Below the pieces are notes generated by a model. That model had not been told where the DNA came from and searched no databases. It saw only the letters and a program-made list of their open reading frames with translations. Of a stretch of DNA of 64,000 bases, positions 11,584 to 23,478 are shown piece after piece. Source of the DNA: Entomortierella parvispora E1425 (taxonomy: Eukaryota > Fungi > Mortierellomycota); assembly GCA_020891255.1 (NCBI GenBank), contig BQFW01000002.1, positions 2,046,001 to 2,110,000 of the forward strand, read 5' to 3'. The position numbers and the translations under genes were made by a program. Every line of letters starts with the position of its first letter. The first letter of the stretch is position 1.

Positions 11584-13127
11584 ATGCCACGATCGAAACG
11601 CACACGGTCTCCCTCGGTCGCATCTTCAATCGACGCACCCAGACGTCGCAGTACACGCACAAGCAGTCTGGTTGCGACTACGCCAGTTGCAGTAGTACCA
11701 AAAGCTAAGGACCTTGTTCCTGATACTCCTGTGGAGTTTGAGGTAGGTGAACCAGACCAGGGGAAATTGCCAACATGCTGGCTATCCTGGTGTTATCTGT
11801 GCTAACGAGCCCATTGCTGTGCATGGTTTAGGTCGAGTCGATTTATGGAATACGCTATCTTAGTCAGGTAACAGGACGCGTCTTGGACGACCACTCTTTG
11901 TTCCTCTTCTGGAGCCAATACAGGACTAACCACCAATTCCCCCTAATGCCCAAATAGAACAGGGCGCAGTTTAATGTAAAGTGGAAAGGGTTCTCGGTCG
12001 AATCCAATACATGGGAACCACTGGAGAATCTGGACGGTTGCATGGAGCTACTCCAAGAGTTTCTGCTAGATACCTTTGCAGTACCACCAGGAGGAAAAGG
12101 GCGTGATAGTCATAACGGTGACATACACTCAAGGGGACAAAAGGGGAGATCCTCGACTTCTTCACCGTCCAGCAGGAGTGATTGTGATACCGACGATGAC
12201 AACCAAGTACCCAGCCTATCGCCCGAGGCAAACAATAAGAGCTCCCTCAAGGCCTTTGAGGATGAACTGAACCGCAATGGATCATTCTACCCTGTGACCA
12301 TTGTGAATACGCAGGATAACGAGGGTATGCCCAGAGGCTTTATATGCGGAACAGACCCAGATTATGGCACTGGGGTGATCCCACCCAATCCAGAATTTTT
12401 CAGTTCCTGCGACTGTGCACCTGGAGAGTGCAATTCTCCCACAAACTCTTGCGAGTGTGTCCGAGAAGGCATGAAGCTGAACGCGTTTGGGGTCCCTTCG
12501 TTCGACGACGATGGTCGAGTCAGTGAAAAGACTTATAAGGTTCTTTGGGAGTGTGGTGAACTCTGTGGTTGTGGACCCTCATGTTTTACCAAGGCCTCTC
12601 AACGAGGCCGTCAGGCCAAGCTAAGGATCGAACGGCTACCCAAGAAAGGTTGGGGTGTTTTCCTGGATCAGGAGGAGGCAATAGAGCCAAGGACCTTTAT
12701 TGCGCGGTATATTGGAGAGCTGATCACGGAAGAGGTCGCAGAGGAGCGGGGTATCGCATACGATAAAAACGGCGCCACATACCTGTTTGATTTGGATCAC
12801 AACGACAATGACGAAGGCAACTACTGCATTGACGCTTTCAGTTATGGCAACGAAAGTCGATTCTTCAACCATTCTTGCGAACCAAATATGTCTGTTTATC
12901 TCTTGACAGGAAGTGATAGTGGAGGGGATGAGAACATGCTGACACTTAGTTTCTGGACCAACAGGAAGATCAGCTATGGAGAGGAACTCACCTTTGATTA
13001 CACGGGCAAGTTTATTCCAAAGTGGCACGCAGGACACAACATTGAATTCAGAGGCGCAACTGCTGGAAATTCCACACAGAGATGCTACTGCGGTGCCAAG
13101 AGTTGTCGACAATGGATCCAGTTCTAG
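11584..13127 (+). CDS. clr4: Clr4/SUV39-type histone H3K9 methyltransferase (chromodomain, pre-SET, SET, post-SET), 3 exons
   Basis: Model join(11584..11742,11832..11867,11958..13127). The chromodomain reads EFEVESIYGIRY..FNVKWKGFSVESNTWEPLENL. The pre-SET is Cys-rich, the SET domain has KGWGV, RFFNHSCEPN and ELTFDY, and the post-SET reads CYCGAKSCR. Confidence 0.93.
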
Positions 13128-13267
13128 AAACTGCTGGCTCTTTCTTCTTCTCTTACATCACTACCCTACTACCCTCCCTGTCTCTTCAGGGTTCACCTGT
13201 ATATATTTCATCATGCAAGAGCAAATAGAAGATATTACAATGTATTTATATATTTTGAATGGTTGCT

Positions 13268-15041
13268 TCACCGGACATATTGCTCGCCAAACTTTTCTCT
13301 GATGATATCGCAGCTTGGAGTGGCCATCTTTTGTGCTTGCTCCCACATCTTCTTGTCGGGCCCCCAGAATCCCATAGCCCTGTTCTGCGCCCTGGTCTTG
13401 CGATCCTTTTCTTCTACACACTCGGCCTGCATTGCCCTCAGATAGGCAACCTCGACATTCTCCTCCAACTGACTCAACATCTTTTTGATCTTGACGCCAT
13501 TGTGCATTTGTTCCAAGTTAAGACGATCCTTTGTTCCAGGGACCATAAACACAGTTTGGAATTTCCGCTCATTCACAAAGTATGGGACGTGGTGGGCACT
13601 TGTGAATCGTGCCGACTGATATGATCCTCGAGCGCCTAAAGAGAAATCTGAGGTAGCAGGGGAGTTGGATGAGGCGGATGAAGATGAAGAGTCGTCCGAG
13701 AAAAAGTTGGATGCCATAGACATAATGAAGAGAAGGATCAGAGGCAGGATCTGGATAAGACTGGAGAATCCACTCGTGCCGCCACCGCCGCCGCCTGCAG
13801 CTTGAGCATGCTGGCGATGTTGTCGGTGCTGGGTCTGTTGAGTCCGGAATTGGCGTGTTCCAAATCCAGGTCCAGCAAACGTTGCAGAGTGGAAGGCTAC
13901 GGAGGTAATCATTCAGATCGAATGCAAGTTAATTTCGTGATCGATTGCTTCTGGTTTTGTTATTTGAATACACCATGCGATACTTACATCCACCAAAGTT
14001 TCCGCCGCCAAAGAACATGTTGAACAGCTCTTCGGGAGAAATCTCGGCCTCAAATCCATGCATTCCGTTCATTCCTCCTCCGCCAAAGCCGTGCATTCCT
14101 GTGGGTTGAGCTCTATCGTAATTCACGCCTGAACTCCTTCCATCCTCTGGTCCATGCTGATCGAAAATGGCTCGTTTTTGAGGATCACTCAAAACTGTGA
14201 AGGCCTTTGATACAACTAGGGGAATAAAAAAATGGGCGAGGGGAGCAAAAAAAAAGGGACGAGTTAAATGGCTGGCTCCAATAACGTTTACTGTCCAACC
14301 ATTTCGCGTGTCCATAGAAGTCGGTAGAAGAAATCAATTGACACAGGAGAGCAGGCCACGTTTTTAAACATGTTCAACGTACTCTTGAAAGCCTCGTCAG
14401 CACCAGGAGCTGCATTCTTGTCTGGATGCATTTGAAGGGCAAGCTGGGCAGGTAAAAGAGAGGAGAGCAGGGTTGCAGTCAAAAAGTTAGTCTTGCTGGT
14501 TAGGTCGATCCCTCTCCAAAGCAAAAACAGATCGTGCAAAAGCTCTAAATCTTACTTTGCGGTAGGCCTTTTTGATCTCTGAATCGGTAGCGTCCTTCTT
14601 GATCCCCAAGACCTTGTAAAAGTCACCTCCAGAGGATCGGACGGCTTTGACGGCAGCAACCTGTTCCGGGGTATAGTCTCGCTCTGCAGGCTTGTGATCC
14701 ACAGGCGTCGAGCGAGGTCTTGGTGGAACAGCTTCGGGTCTCTTTGATGCACCTCCGAAAGAGGAGCTGGATCCTGGATTAGGCGAGCTCTTGGTGCTGC
14801 TTGGGGTTGAAGTGTTGAAGGTCGAAGAGGTCGAAGTGGATCCAGCAGGCGAAGACGAGGTCGACGAGGAAGGTGAGGACTCTTCCTGGTCGATTTTAGT
14901 CAAGAGCGCTTTGGCCTCGGGCGTGGGGAAGAGCGAGATGGACTTGCCGACAAACTTGCGAGCGCTAGCATAGTTTCCGGAATTAAGATGGCGGCGGGCA
15001 ATTTCGACGCAGCGAAGAGCCTCATCCCTGTTGACTTCCAT
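13268..15041 (-). CDS. HLJ1: ER membrane J-domain co-chaperone (DNAJB12/14, Hlj1-like), 4 exons
   Basis: N-terminus MEVNRDEALRCVEIA. The J domain (DFYKVLG..IKKAYRKLALQMHPDKN..ADEAFK) is split over introns. It is followed by a G/F region with ISPEELFNMFFGG, one TM segment (LIQILPLILLFIMS) and a DUF1977-like C-terminus (HHVPYFVN..C..L). Confidence 0.92.
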
Positions 15042-15684
15042 GATGATTGGGTGAAATGAAGGGAGAGATGATGGGGCGAAGGGCGAAGGGCGAAGGGCTC
15101 TGATTTGCTATCTCCCGAAGTTGATTGAATGTCCAGCAAGCTGCTTCCTGTCAGGGATGGATGGAAGGAGATGAGGACGAGGAGGGGAGAGAAAGAGTAA
15201 GGGATGAAAGAAAGGAGGGGCGGAAGGAAGAAGGGACTGATTTCTGAAGCAACACACCTTTGTCTCGTTCGTTCGTTTTGGTTCTTTGTTCCCTTTTCTC
15301 TTGGGGCAGAAAAGGTGTGCTGGCTGCTGGGAAAAAAAGCATATGTGAATGCACGTGATCTACTACGGCCTGCACGAATTAAGGGTAATTCGCATTCGCA
15401 TTCTGTGCAAAGTCGCCCAAGGTCAGAGGTGCTTCTCTGATAGTGTACCTTGAATGACGCGCTTGTAGTATCAGTGAGGTCATTTGCTGCACGGACAATG
15501 TCGACGGTCCTGCCTCGCAACCCAACGCTGCAGCCTTTGAACATCGCCCAGTATTTCCAGGGACGAGGGTAACGATGTTGTTGTCCAGCTTGAAAGAATA
15601 TAAAAGAGACAACCAGGACGTCCCTACATACTCGCCCGCAGCCCTTTCCTACTCTCCACTCAGCATACAACCCTTATCCAGGAA

Positions 15685-16901
15685 ATGACTTCATCTTCAC
15701 TTCGCCAGCGACCGCCGTATCGCTGGAGCGAATCCTCTTCTTCATCAACTATCACCACTTCCGCATCGAACGGAATCTACCTGAAAGGAGAACAGCCCCC
15801 TACAGCACAAGCCCTGCCAATGCCAAGTCTGCAGCCAGCAGAAACTGGTTCTTCATCCCATCATAGGCCGTCTTCCCTCTCTTCACCATCTTCTGCTTCT
15901 ATTCCAAGCTGGCTCTTTGATCCCTCAGCCCAAAATACAGCTGACATCCTGTCCAATACATCTCCAGACTCGACAACGGATACGAAAGCGAATATGACGA
16001 CGACGATGACACCTTGCTTGGCGCGTTTCTCGAACTTGAATCCAATCTCCTGGAAGAATTTGCAGCAGTTGAAAGCAAAGAGGCAATTGCAGCCAAATGG
16101 CGCTCAACCAAGGCCTCTATCGAACATCAACTTTCGGAATCTTGGGACGGATCCCAGGCCAAGGCAGTGTATGAAGGAGCAAAGAGACTTTTCGCATTTG
16201 AAGAATTGCCGTTGGAGTGGCAAAGCAATCCGTACATTCTGAAAGGGAAAACAACCAATTGAGGTATCGATGACAAAATATGTGCCCACTCTAAAAGAGT
16301 AGCGCCGTCCAGATCTATCATGTTTCGTTCCCTGGTGTTGACAAATTCTTTTTATTTTTTGTTTTTGCCGCTTTAGATACCGCTTCCTCTCGTCGTCAAT
16401 GCCTTTGGAGTATTTTCTTGGTCTACAACGAAAAATGCAACATTTGGACACATCTTTTGGGACTTGTGTTCGTCATTGGCCTAGTAGGGTACATTCATTT
16501 TTCAGTTTTGCAGGATCCTTCGACAACAACAACACTGTTCTTTTTTCACTCTACAGTCTCTTTGATCAACCGTCCTTCAGAGTCTTCAGGATCATGGTTT
16601 TTGTAGGCATGGCCTGCTGGGCACTCCCAATGATCTACATGGTTTATCTCCATGGCCTCGAAAAGACCCTAGCCTTTCATGTTCACTTTGATGAAATCTG
16701 GCCTGGCGTACCTGATCGGACTCGTCCTTTATGGAAAGCGGCTTCCTGAGAAATGGTTCCCGGGATATGTTTGATCACTGGGGTGCTTCTCACCACATCC
16801 GGCACGTTGCTGTCGTAGCCGGAATCTACTTTCACGCTATGGCCATGGTCCATTTCTTTCGTGAGAGATACTCCTTTGGCTGCTCAGATCCTGCCATCTG
16901 A
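15685..16901 (+). pseudogene. Decayed PAQR/IZH (haemolysin-III-related, adiponectin-receptor-like) gene
   Basis: PAQR motifs (ELPLEWQSNPYILKG-YRF, NEKCNIWTHLLG, RLPEKWFPG, FDHWGASHHIRH) fall in different reading frames. At least 4-5 frameshifts are needed to join them. The expected GT donor after ILKG reads GA, and the central TM region appears to be missing. Confidence 0.85.
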
Positions 16902-17037
16902 ACTGCTCAACACCCACATCTAGACGGTGGCCACTTGTACATGAGAAAATAAATGTTTCTTTTGTATTAATAATAATTATGTGTGCAGATAATGTAGTAA
17001 CGTTAGATGTGTGGGTGAATGCGGGGGATATTTGTAT

Positions 17038-18921
17038 TTAATGATCCATCATCTCGATCTTGGCGTCGTTTTCCTCAGCGTGAGCGGCCGCCTCGCGCTC
17101 CAGACGTTCCTCTTCCTCCATAACATCCAGAGGATCGATGTAGACCTGACCACGGGCTTTGCAATACAACTTTTGCATCCAGCCAGGAAGGACATTGGCC
17201 GCGGTGAAACCCTCGTTTTGCCAGGGCTCGCGCAAGTCCTTATCCTCGGGCGAGATTCTACCTCCAGAGATGAGCTCGAGCACGTAGACACTGCCGTTGA
17301 TGGCGGCATAGGATCCAACACCGGCAATCAAACCATAGGCGATCGAGTACGACAGGGGCATCATGGCAATGGTCAAGAACGCAGGAATGGCATCACCGAC
17401 GTAATCCCAGTTGATGGATCGAACCGACTTGACCATCATGGATCCAACCACAATCAGAGCTGGACCTGTGGCCCAAGGAGGGAAAGATGCGAAGATGGGC
17501 GAGAAGAACAGCGAGATGAAGAATAGGATGGCGGTCGTGATGGAAGTCAAGCCTGTACGACCACCTTCAGTGATACCAGCACCCGATTCAATAAACGCCG
17601 TGACAGGGGGGACACCAAAGCAAGCACCGACTGAGATCGAGGTGGCGTCGCACAAGAATGCAGCGGTGGAGCCATCAAAGTCACCGTTCTTGTACATGTA
17701 ACCTCCAAACTTGGCCATCGAGTACAAAGTACCGGTTGTGTCCATGATATCGACATAGAGGAAAGTAATCAAGGCGATCCAAATCTCGGAAGAATCCAAT
17801 GAGAAATCCATCTTGCCCATGGTGCTCTGGATAGGATGGAATGTGACGACCTTCCTGAAGTAGTCAAAGTTGCTCTGTCCGGCGGGTGTGTAAGGGAAAA
17901 GGGTGAAGGGCGTTGTGCGGATCCAGGACAAAATCGAGACGGTCAAAATGCCGACCAAAACAGCGCCCTTGACACGGAATACCAATAGGATGGAAATAAT
18001 GATGAAGCCAAAGATACCCATCCAGGTCATGGGTCCTCGCATGTGTGATCCGTTGATGCAGTTGCCTGCCGCATCCTCGATACAACCCGTCAGAGTGACC
18101 AAAGTGGAGGAGTCTGCGCCAATCAAGCCAATACCGGCCGACGACTGCATACCAATGAAGCAGAGATATAAACCAATACCAGCGCCAGTCGCAATCTTGA
18201 TGCTCTGTGGAATCAGGCGAGCCAGCCACTGACGAACTCCAAAGAGCGAGAGTAAGATGAACAGGATACCCTCGATGAAGACGGCAGCCAAAGCGGTTTG
18301 ATACTTGATCTTGTTGGAGCCATGGAATCCGACGACAGTGTATGTAAAGTAGGCGTTCAAACCCATGCCAGGGGCAAGACCAATGGGCAGGTTGGCAAAG
18401 AGACCCATCAAAAAGGTCGAGAAGCAAGCAATGGCGGACGTGGCCGTGATCATGTCCAGCTTCAAAATTCCCAGGCACTCAGCATATGCAGGATCGGTGG
18501 CACAGGTGACATCTGTGGTGTTGCCACCGTTATTGCAGACACAGGTTCCGCCCGAGTCGGTGACAATCAGGGCGTTCACCGAGATGATATAGGCCTGAGG
18601 TGGATATGAATAGTAAAGGAAGTGTAGTAAAATAAAAGAGTCAACAGACAGACGGGAGATAAAGGTTAGTCCATTGCTCTCTCTGACCAGTGCGATTAGA
18701 CCCAAAGTTTCTTGTCAAGGTTCCCCGTTCGAAGGAGATTCCCCGCCTCAGTCATCGCACCCTACCATTGTCACAAACGTGGTGAGGCCGGCCCGCATTT
18801 CGATCGTGAACTTGGAACCGGCACGCTCTCTTCGTGCGCCTGATCCCTCAAGGCGGAAGTATCTGCCGACCTTGGATTCGGCCACATTCCTGTTTAGTTT
18901 TTCAAAAAAAGACTGCGACAT
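17038..18921 (-). CDS. azgA: AzgA-family (xanthine/uracil permease superfamily) purine transporter, 2 exons
   Basis: Model join(18766..18921,17038..18594). Motifs are EMRAGLTTFVTMAYIISVN, ANLPIGLAPGMGLNAYF, DIMDTTGTLY and FIESGAGITEGGRTGLT, with about 12-13 TM segments. Confidence 0.95.
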
Positions 18922-20226
18922 TGTGCTTATCGCGATCCAGTTCTGAGTGAGGGTAGGTGCGGAGAAGGAAGAACGAGATCAAGAGGGATGATGAAAAGAT
19001 GAGAAAGAGAGAAAGGCAGGGGAGGGGGTGGGAGAACGGGGGGGGGGGTCAAAAAAGAGAAGGAAGGGACAAGAGAAAGGTGCAAGGAGGGGAAAGGGAG
19101 GAAGGGAAAGGAAAAGAAAAAAGACGGAAAAAGGAAACAAATTTTATTTTTTCTGTGCGCCGTTGTGCTGATTTGTGGGCTAAACTAAACAGACGAAGTT
19201 GACTCTCAGTCAGCTTGACCCCTCTTCCCCCTCCGCTCTCTCCCCGTTCCTCTATCGTGTGTCTCTGATTGTTGTGTTTTGCTCTCCTCGCTTCCGTCTT
19301 GCAGTCCGAGGTCAAACGGATGATTGTCTAAAAGCAAAAAAAAAACTCTATCTGCCTTGGACCTGGTTGTAAGGGTCCGGGTCATTTGAAGTGAGGTCGG
19401 AGAGCGGAGTCCATGTAGGAACAGGTACCCACGAACCATGAATGAAAGGGACGACTTGGCCACTGATAACGTACTCGGCCAATTGGGATAATGGTGCCAG
19501 TCACCCGTGACCCGAGGAACTGCCAATTGCAGGGGTGTCACCTCTGGTTGGATGGGTGCTGGAGTTGTAGCGAAACCGATTCCTTCTCTCCCCTTCCGTC
19601 CTTTGCTACCCGTCCCCCACCTCCCCTTTATTTTTCCTCTGTCTGGGGTTCGTTTTTTTTCACTGCTATCATAGTTCAACATTTTTACGTTCCGCCACAT
19701 GGCCGTTCATCATCGAATTAGGAAAATTGCGGGGGTGGTCGAGCGGGCCGATTTGTTTTTTTTTGAGCAAAAAAGTCAGCGGAGACTTTCATCTGTTTTG
19801 TACAACAGAGGAGTACCTTGATACTGTACCCAATGCAGAATTATAACTTGATCCACACCTCCTATAGCTCTCTGCCTCTGACACTAACCATGATGCTGTC
19901 AAGCAATAAGGAAGACCCATATTTTTGCGGAGCCAAGCAGATGATACGTTGATTCTGCAGGTTCCATGTGTTGATGAATGCACGAGATTGGGCAAGCTCC
20001 CAGTTGTCTCAGCAGAAGGCCAGGGTGTCACTATAGCTAAGAAGTGGGGTTTGCGGGGTCAAACAGATGACAGTGGCTCTCGGATGTTACAAGAGCACAA
20101 GGAAAACAACAAAGAGAGACAAAGCTACGAGTCATGTCTGATAGGCTCGTTCACTTTCTTATGTGAAGTACGCACTTGCGCTAGGAGCGAGGTGACCCAT
20201 CAAAATACCCTCAAGTGTTTATTGCT

Positions 20227-23063
20227 CTACCTTGTCCTGCGAACTTCAATCCAATGGTCCTTCTCATTCCCATATCTCCAATGCAGCAGCTCAATGGGTA
20301 AACCTCCTGGCCTCAGGTCTTGGCCGGGCCAACGAGTCGAACCGTCGCTCACTGTCACAGTGCAGCATTCTGGTCCTCCAAAGTGATACCACGGTATATA
20401 AATTTCAGTTTCTTCTTCGGCGCCCAAGCTGGTCAAGGTTGAATCCGACACAGTTCGTAGCTTGAACACGACCTCATGGCGATCAAACTCGATTTCAAGA
20501 GGAGTGCCGACTGTTGCAATTGGGTATGGGCGGCAAAACTGTTCAATGGCCCGACCACCAACATCTAGGTCTAAGGGAAAGTTGTCCCACTTGCCGCCGC
20601 TTGAACTCTCTGTGTGTCCCTTACAATACAAGCTCAGATTCTCTCCATTCCAGCCGTCTCCATGCAGTTGATCATTTTCAATCGTGTAGTTCCAAAGAGT
20701 ATAGTGCACCAGTGTCCGATCTAAACCGTTCAGAATGTTATCGAACGCTTGTTGGAACTGTTTCGATCTTCGATTCACAGACTGGCTGCTGGCCTTCGAT
20801 CCCCAGGAAAAGAGAGAGCGGGAAGAAGAGTTCCCTTGAGTTTGCGCTCTAATGTTTCCTGCCTGTTGGGTATTGTCTAGGCCGACATCAAAATGTAGGC
20901 CAGTTTCCCCAATAAGTATAGGTCGTTTACCTGTGTATTGTGTGAATAGATCAGTCAGAAACATGACATGACAACAACAATGTCCACTTGAAAGGAACTG
21001 GATGTATCAGCTTACCAAGGCGGTCATGACATTCCTTCTTGATATCACTTATTTGGCTCCCAAACAAAGACTCGGTCGCCTTCTTCCCAAACACCAGTGA
21101 TGATGCCAAGCTCTTATGCCTGCCTCTACTCAGTCCCAAGATATCCAGGTTGATCCACCAAAGGTACTTCTTTGTCAATAGGGCTACGTCGTCGTAGTGG
21201 TGGGGTGCGTAGACCATATTCGTAGTTAATGATTTTGTTGCCGACTCGGTTACCATGTTCTCGCTATCACGATGAACAATGTCAGGCGGAGGGACATACA
21301 CAGGAGGCTCCAGAAACAAGATCGCTGTAGTGTGAGTCTTTCGTACCACCTGGATAACCTTCTCAGCAAATCGGAGCCAGTGGTCCTCGACCCATCTAAT
21401 CTTTTCAGGTCTCTGCGCTACTCCATTGCTATCGGTACTGTAGGGTCCTCTAGCAAAGTAGTCTTGCTGCAAAATCTTGCGTTCGTCCATGGACCACACA
21501 CCATGCTGGGCCCAAAGACAAGCTCCTGCTTTAGGAAAGTCATCATCGCGTCTAATTCCATATTTGAGATCATATTGGTTTCGCGGTTCCTCTTCGAGCC
21601 AGGCCTTGACTTTTCTCCTAAGCAAATCGGACGACAGGGAGAGGGTCCATGGAGGGAGCTTTGGAGCTTTGGGATGCGAGAAATGAGGATCAATCGTCCT
21701 AGATCCTGTCTTGACTGGGCCCACGATCTTCAGTCGATAAACAGCAACATCCGTGACACGTTTACTCATTCCCAACATCATGGACTGAAAAGGAGTTGGC
21801 ATGCCACCTTGTCGCATGTCGTGTTCCTCTGGTAAAACATCCAGCTGCTCAAGTCCTATCCATCCACACGAGGGTTCGTTCCAAGAGTCGTATCCGATCA
21901 CTACATCGTCTTCCAAGCCCGGAGTGGCATGGATCTTTTCAACAAGTGCGTTGATTGAACCAAGAAAATGATTTTGGAGATAGTCTTGAATGTTGATGCC
22001 GCCTTCAAATGTACATTTGGGAGCCAGAATCTTGCCTGCGTAAAACAGCGTGAACATTGTGGCGCAAGCGAGCTTGTAGTAGTTTGTTAGCCAGACCATC
22101 CTCAGCATCGGCTCTGTTTCTGGATTAGGCAACGTGTTGTGCACAACCGCAGCCCCAGTTTGAGCAAAGTGGTGAGGATCAAGACCAGCTGCGTAGAGCG
22201 TCCACAGCGGAGCACCAGAGCCTCCCGAGAATCTTGACCACTATGATTAAGAAGACAATGAGAGAAAGAGGGAGAGAAAAGAAACATTAGCATGTACAAT
22301 CTCCATGGATGCACCTGTTCCAAACACCTTCGAAGATTCACCTACCACGTCCTGGTGGAAATCAATCATGATCTTGAATCCACCCTGTTTTGCCTTTAGC
22401 AAGGCCTTCACGGTGTATTCCAAGAACTCTTCATCATACTGGCCACTACAATATTCAAGCAGAAGGCCAATTGGTGAATGTATTAAATGAGTATATCCAA
22501 CGTTCAAGAGAGGGCTGAGTAAATCCTCCCTCCCTCCCCCTCCCCCCCCCCCCAAAAAAAACTTACGGTCCCTTGTGTTCGATCGCCTCCCATGTTATGA
22601 CCCAGCGGATCATTCTGAAGCCCCAGTGCCTTAATCGAGCCAAATGTTCGGTTGCGTCGTCCAGTTCGAATGGTCGGCCCACAAAGGAGATGTGACCCTC
22701 CTCCAAATTGTCTCTGTTGTTGCGACTGGTATTGGAGTCGCTGGCAGCAGGTTTACTGTAGGCTGTTGCGTTGCCATCAGCACCTCCATTCCCATTCTCT
22801 TTGACCAAATCCTTTTCATTCGACTCTGCATTACCGCTGCTGACGCCATCTGTTGAAATGCCCCTATCATGACTCACTTCCGGTTTTCGTGGCCTGAGAA
22901 ACGCGGGTCCTCGGAGATGCGAAGGGATAGGCTGAGGGTATTTTGGAAATTTACAAGATCCACTTAGGTTGACTCCGCGGAGCAGCCAGGCTCGACCCCT
23001 TTCGTCTCTCAAGAACTCGTCATTGGGCTCGACTCGGAGCCGCATCGAAGGTGGGCCTGTCAT
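20227..23063 (-). CDS. GH5 endoglycoceramidase-related glucosidase (EGCrP/Egh1-like glucosylceramidase or sterylglucosidase), 4 exons
   Basis: Motifs are LRGVNLSG, SFVGRPF, LRHWGFRMIRWVITWEAIEH, DFHQDVWSRFSGGSGAP and LTNYYKLACATMFTLF. The acid/base Glu lies in SWNEP, followed by YAPHHYD and the nucleophile Glu in IGETG. Confidence 0.9.
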
Positions 23064-23478
23064 GATGGTGTTTATGCGGCGGTAGGAGAGGGAAAAAATG
23101 AAAGAAGAAAGAAGGAGGGCGTGTGTTTTTTATTCAGGGCCAAAGGAGAGCTTAAATAACGGCCGGTTCAGAGGACGGGGGGCCGTGCTCCAGGCGGCGG
23201 CGAAGAGATCAAGGTTGGGGGAAAAACTGTTTGTCAGAGGGCTTTCATCCCATGGGAGGATGCGTGACTGCCGCAAAAAAAAAAGGACGCGACCGACCGA
23301 CTTGTGCGCGCGGAATGGAGGGAAAAAGAAAGAATGAAAGACGACCCTGAATGAGCACAATCATGAGGGACCTTCCTCTTTTGTCTTGATTCGCCTTGTC
23401 TTTGTCCCACTCGGGCCCACCCTCGGATTGATTAGACACCTCCACCTTGCTTCTTCTCTCTGTCCCGCAGAAGTAATC

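Noticed and set aside
19800-20386. Plus-strand frame with three stops followed by a 153-aa ORF, a possible decayed gene
   Set aside because: No recognisable motif was found. Part of the openness comes from overlap with the GH5 gene on the opposite strand, and stop density in the 5' part is near random.
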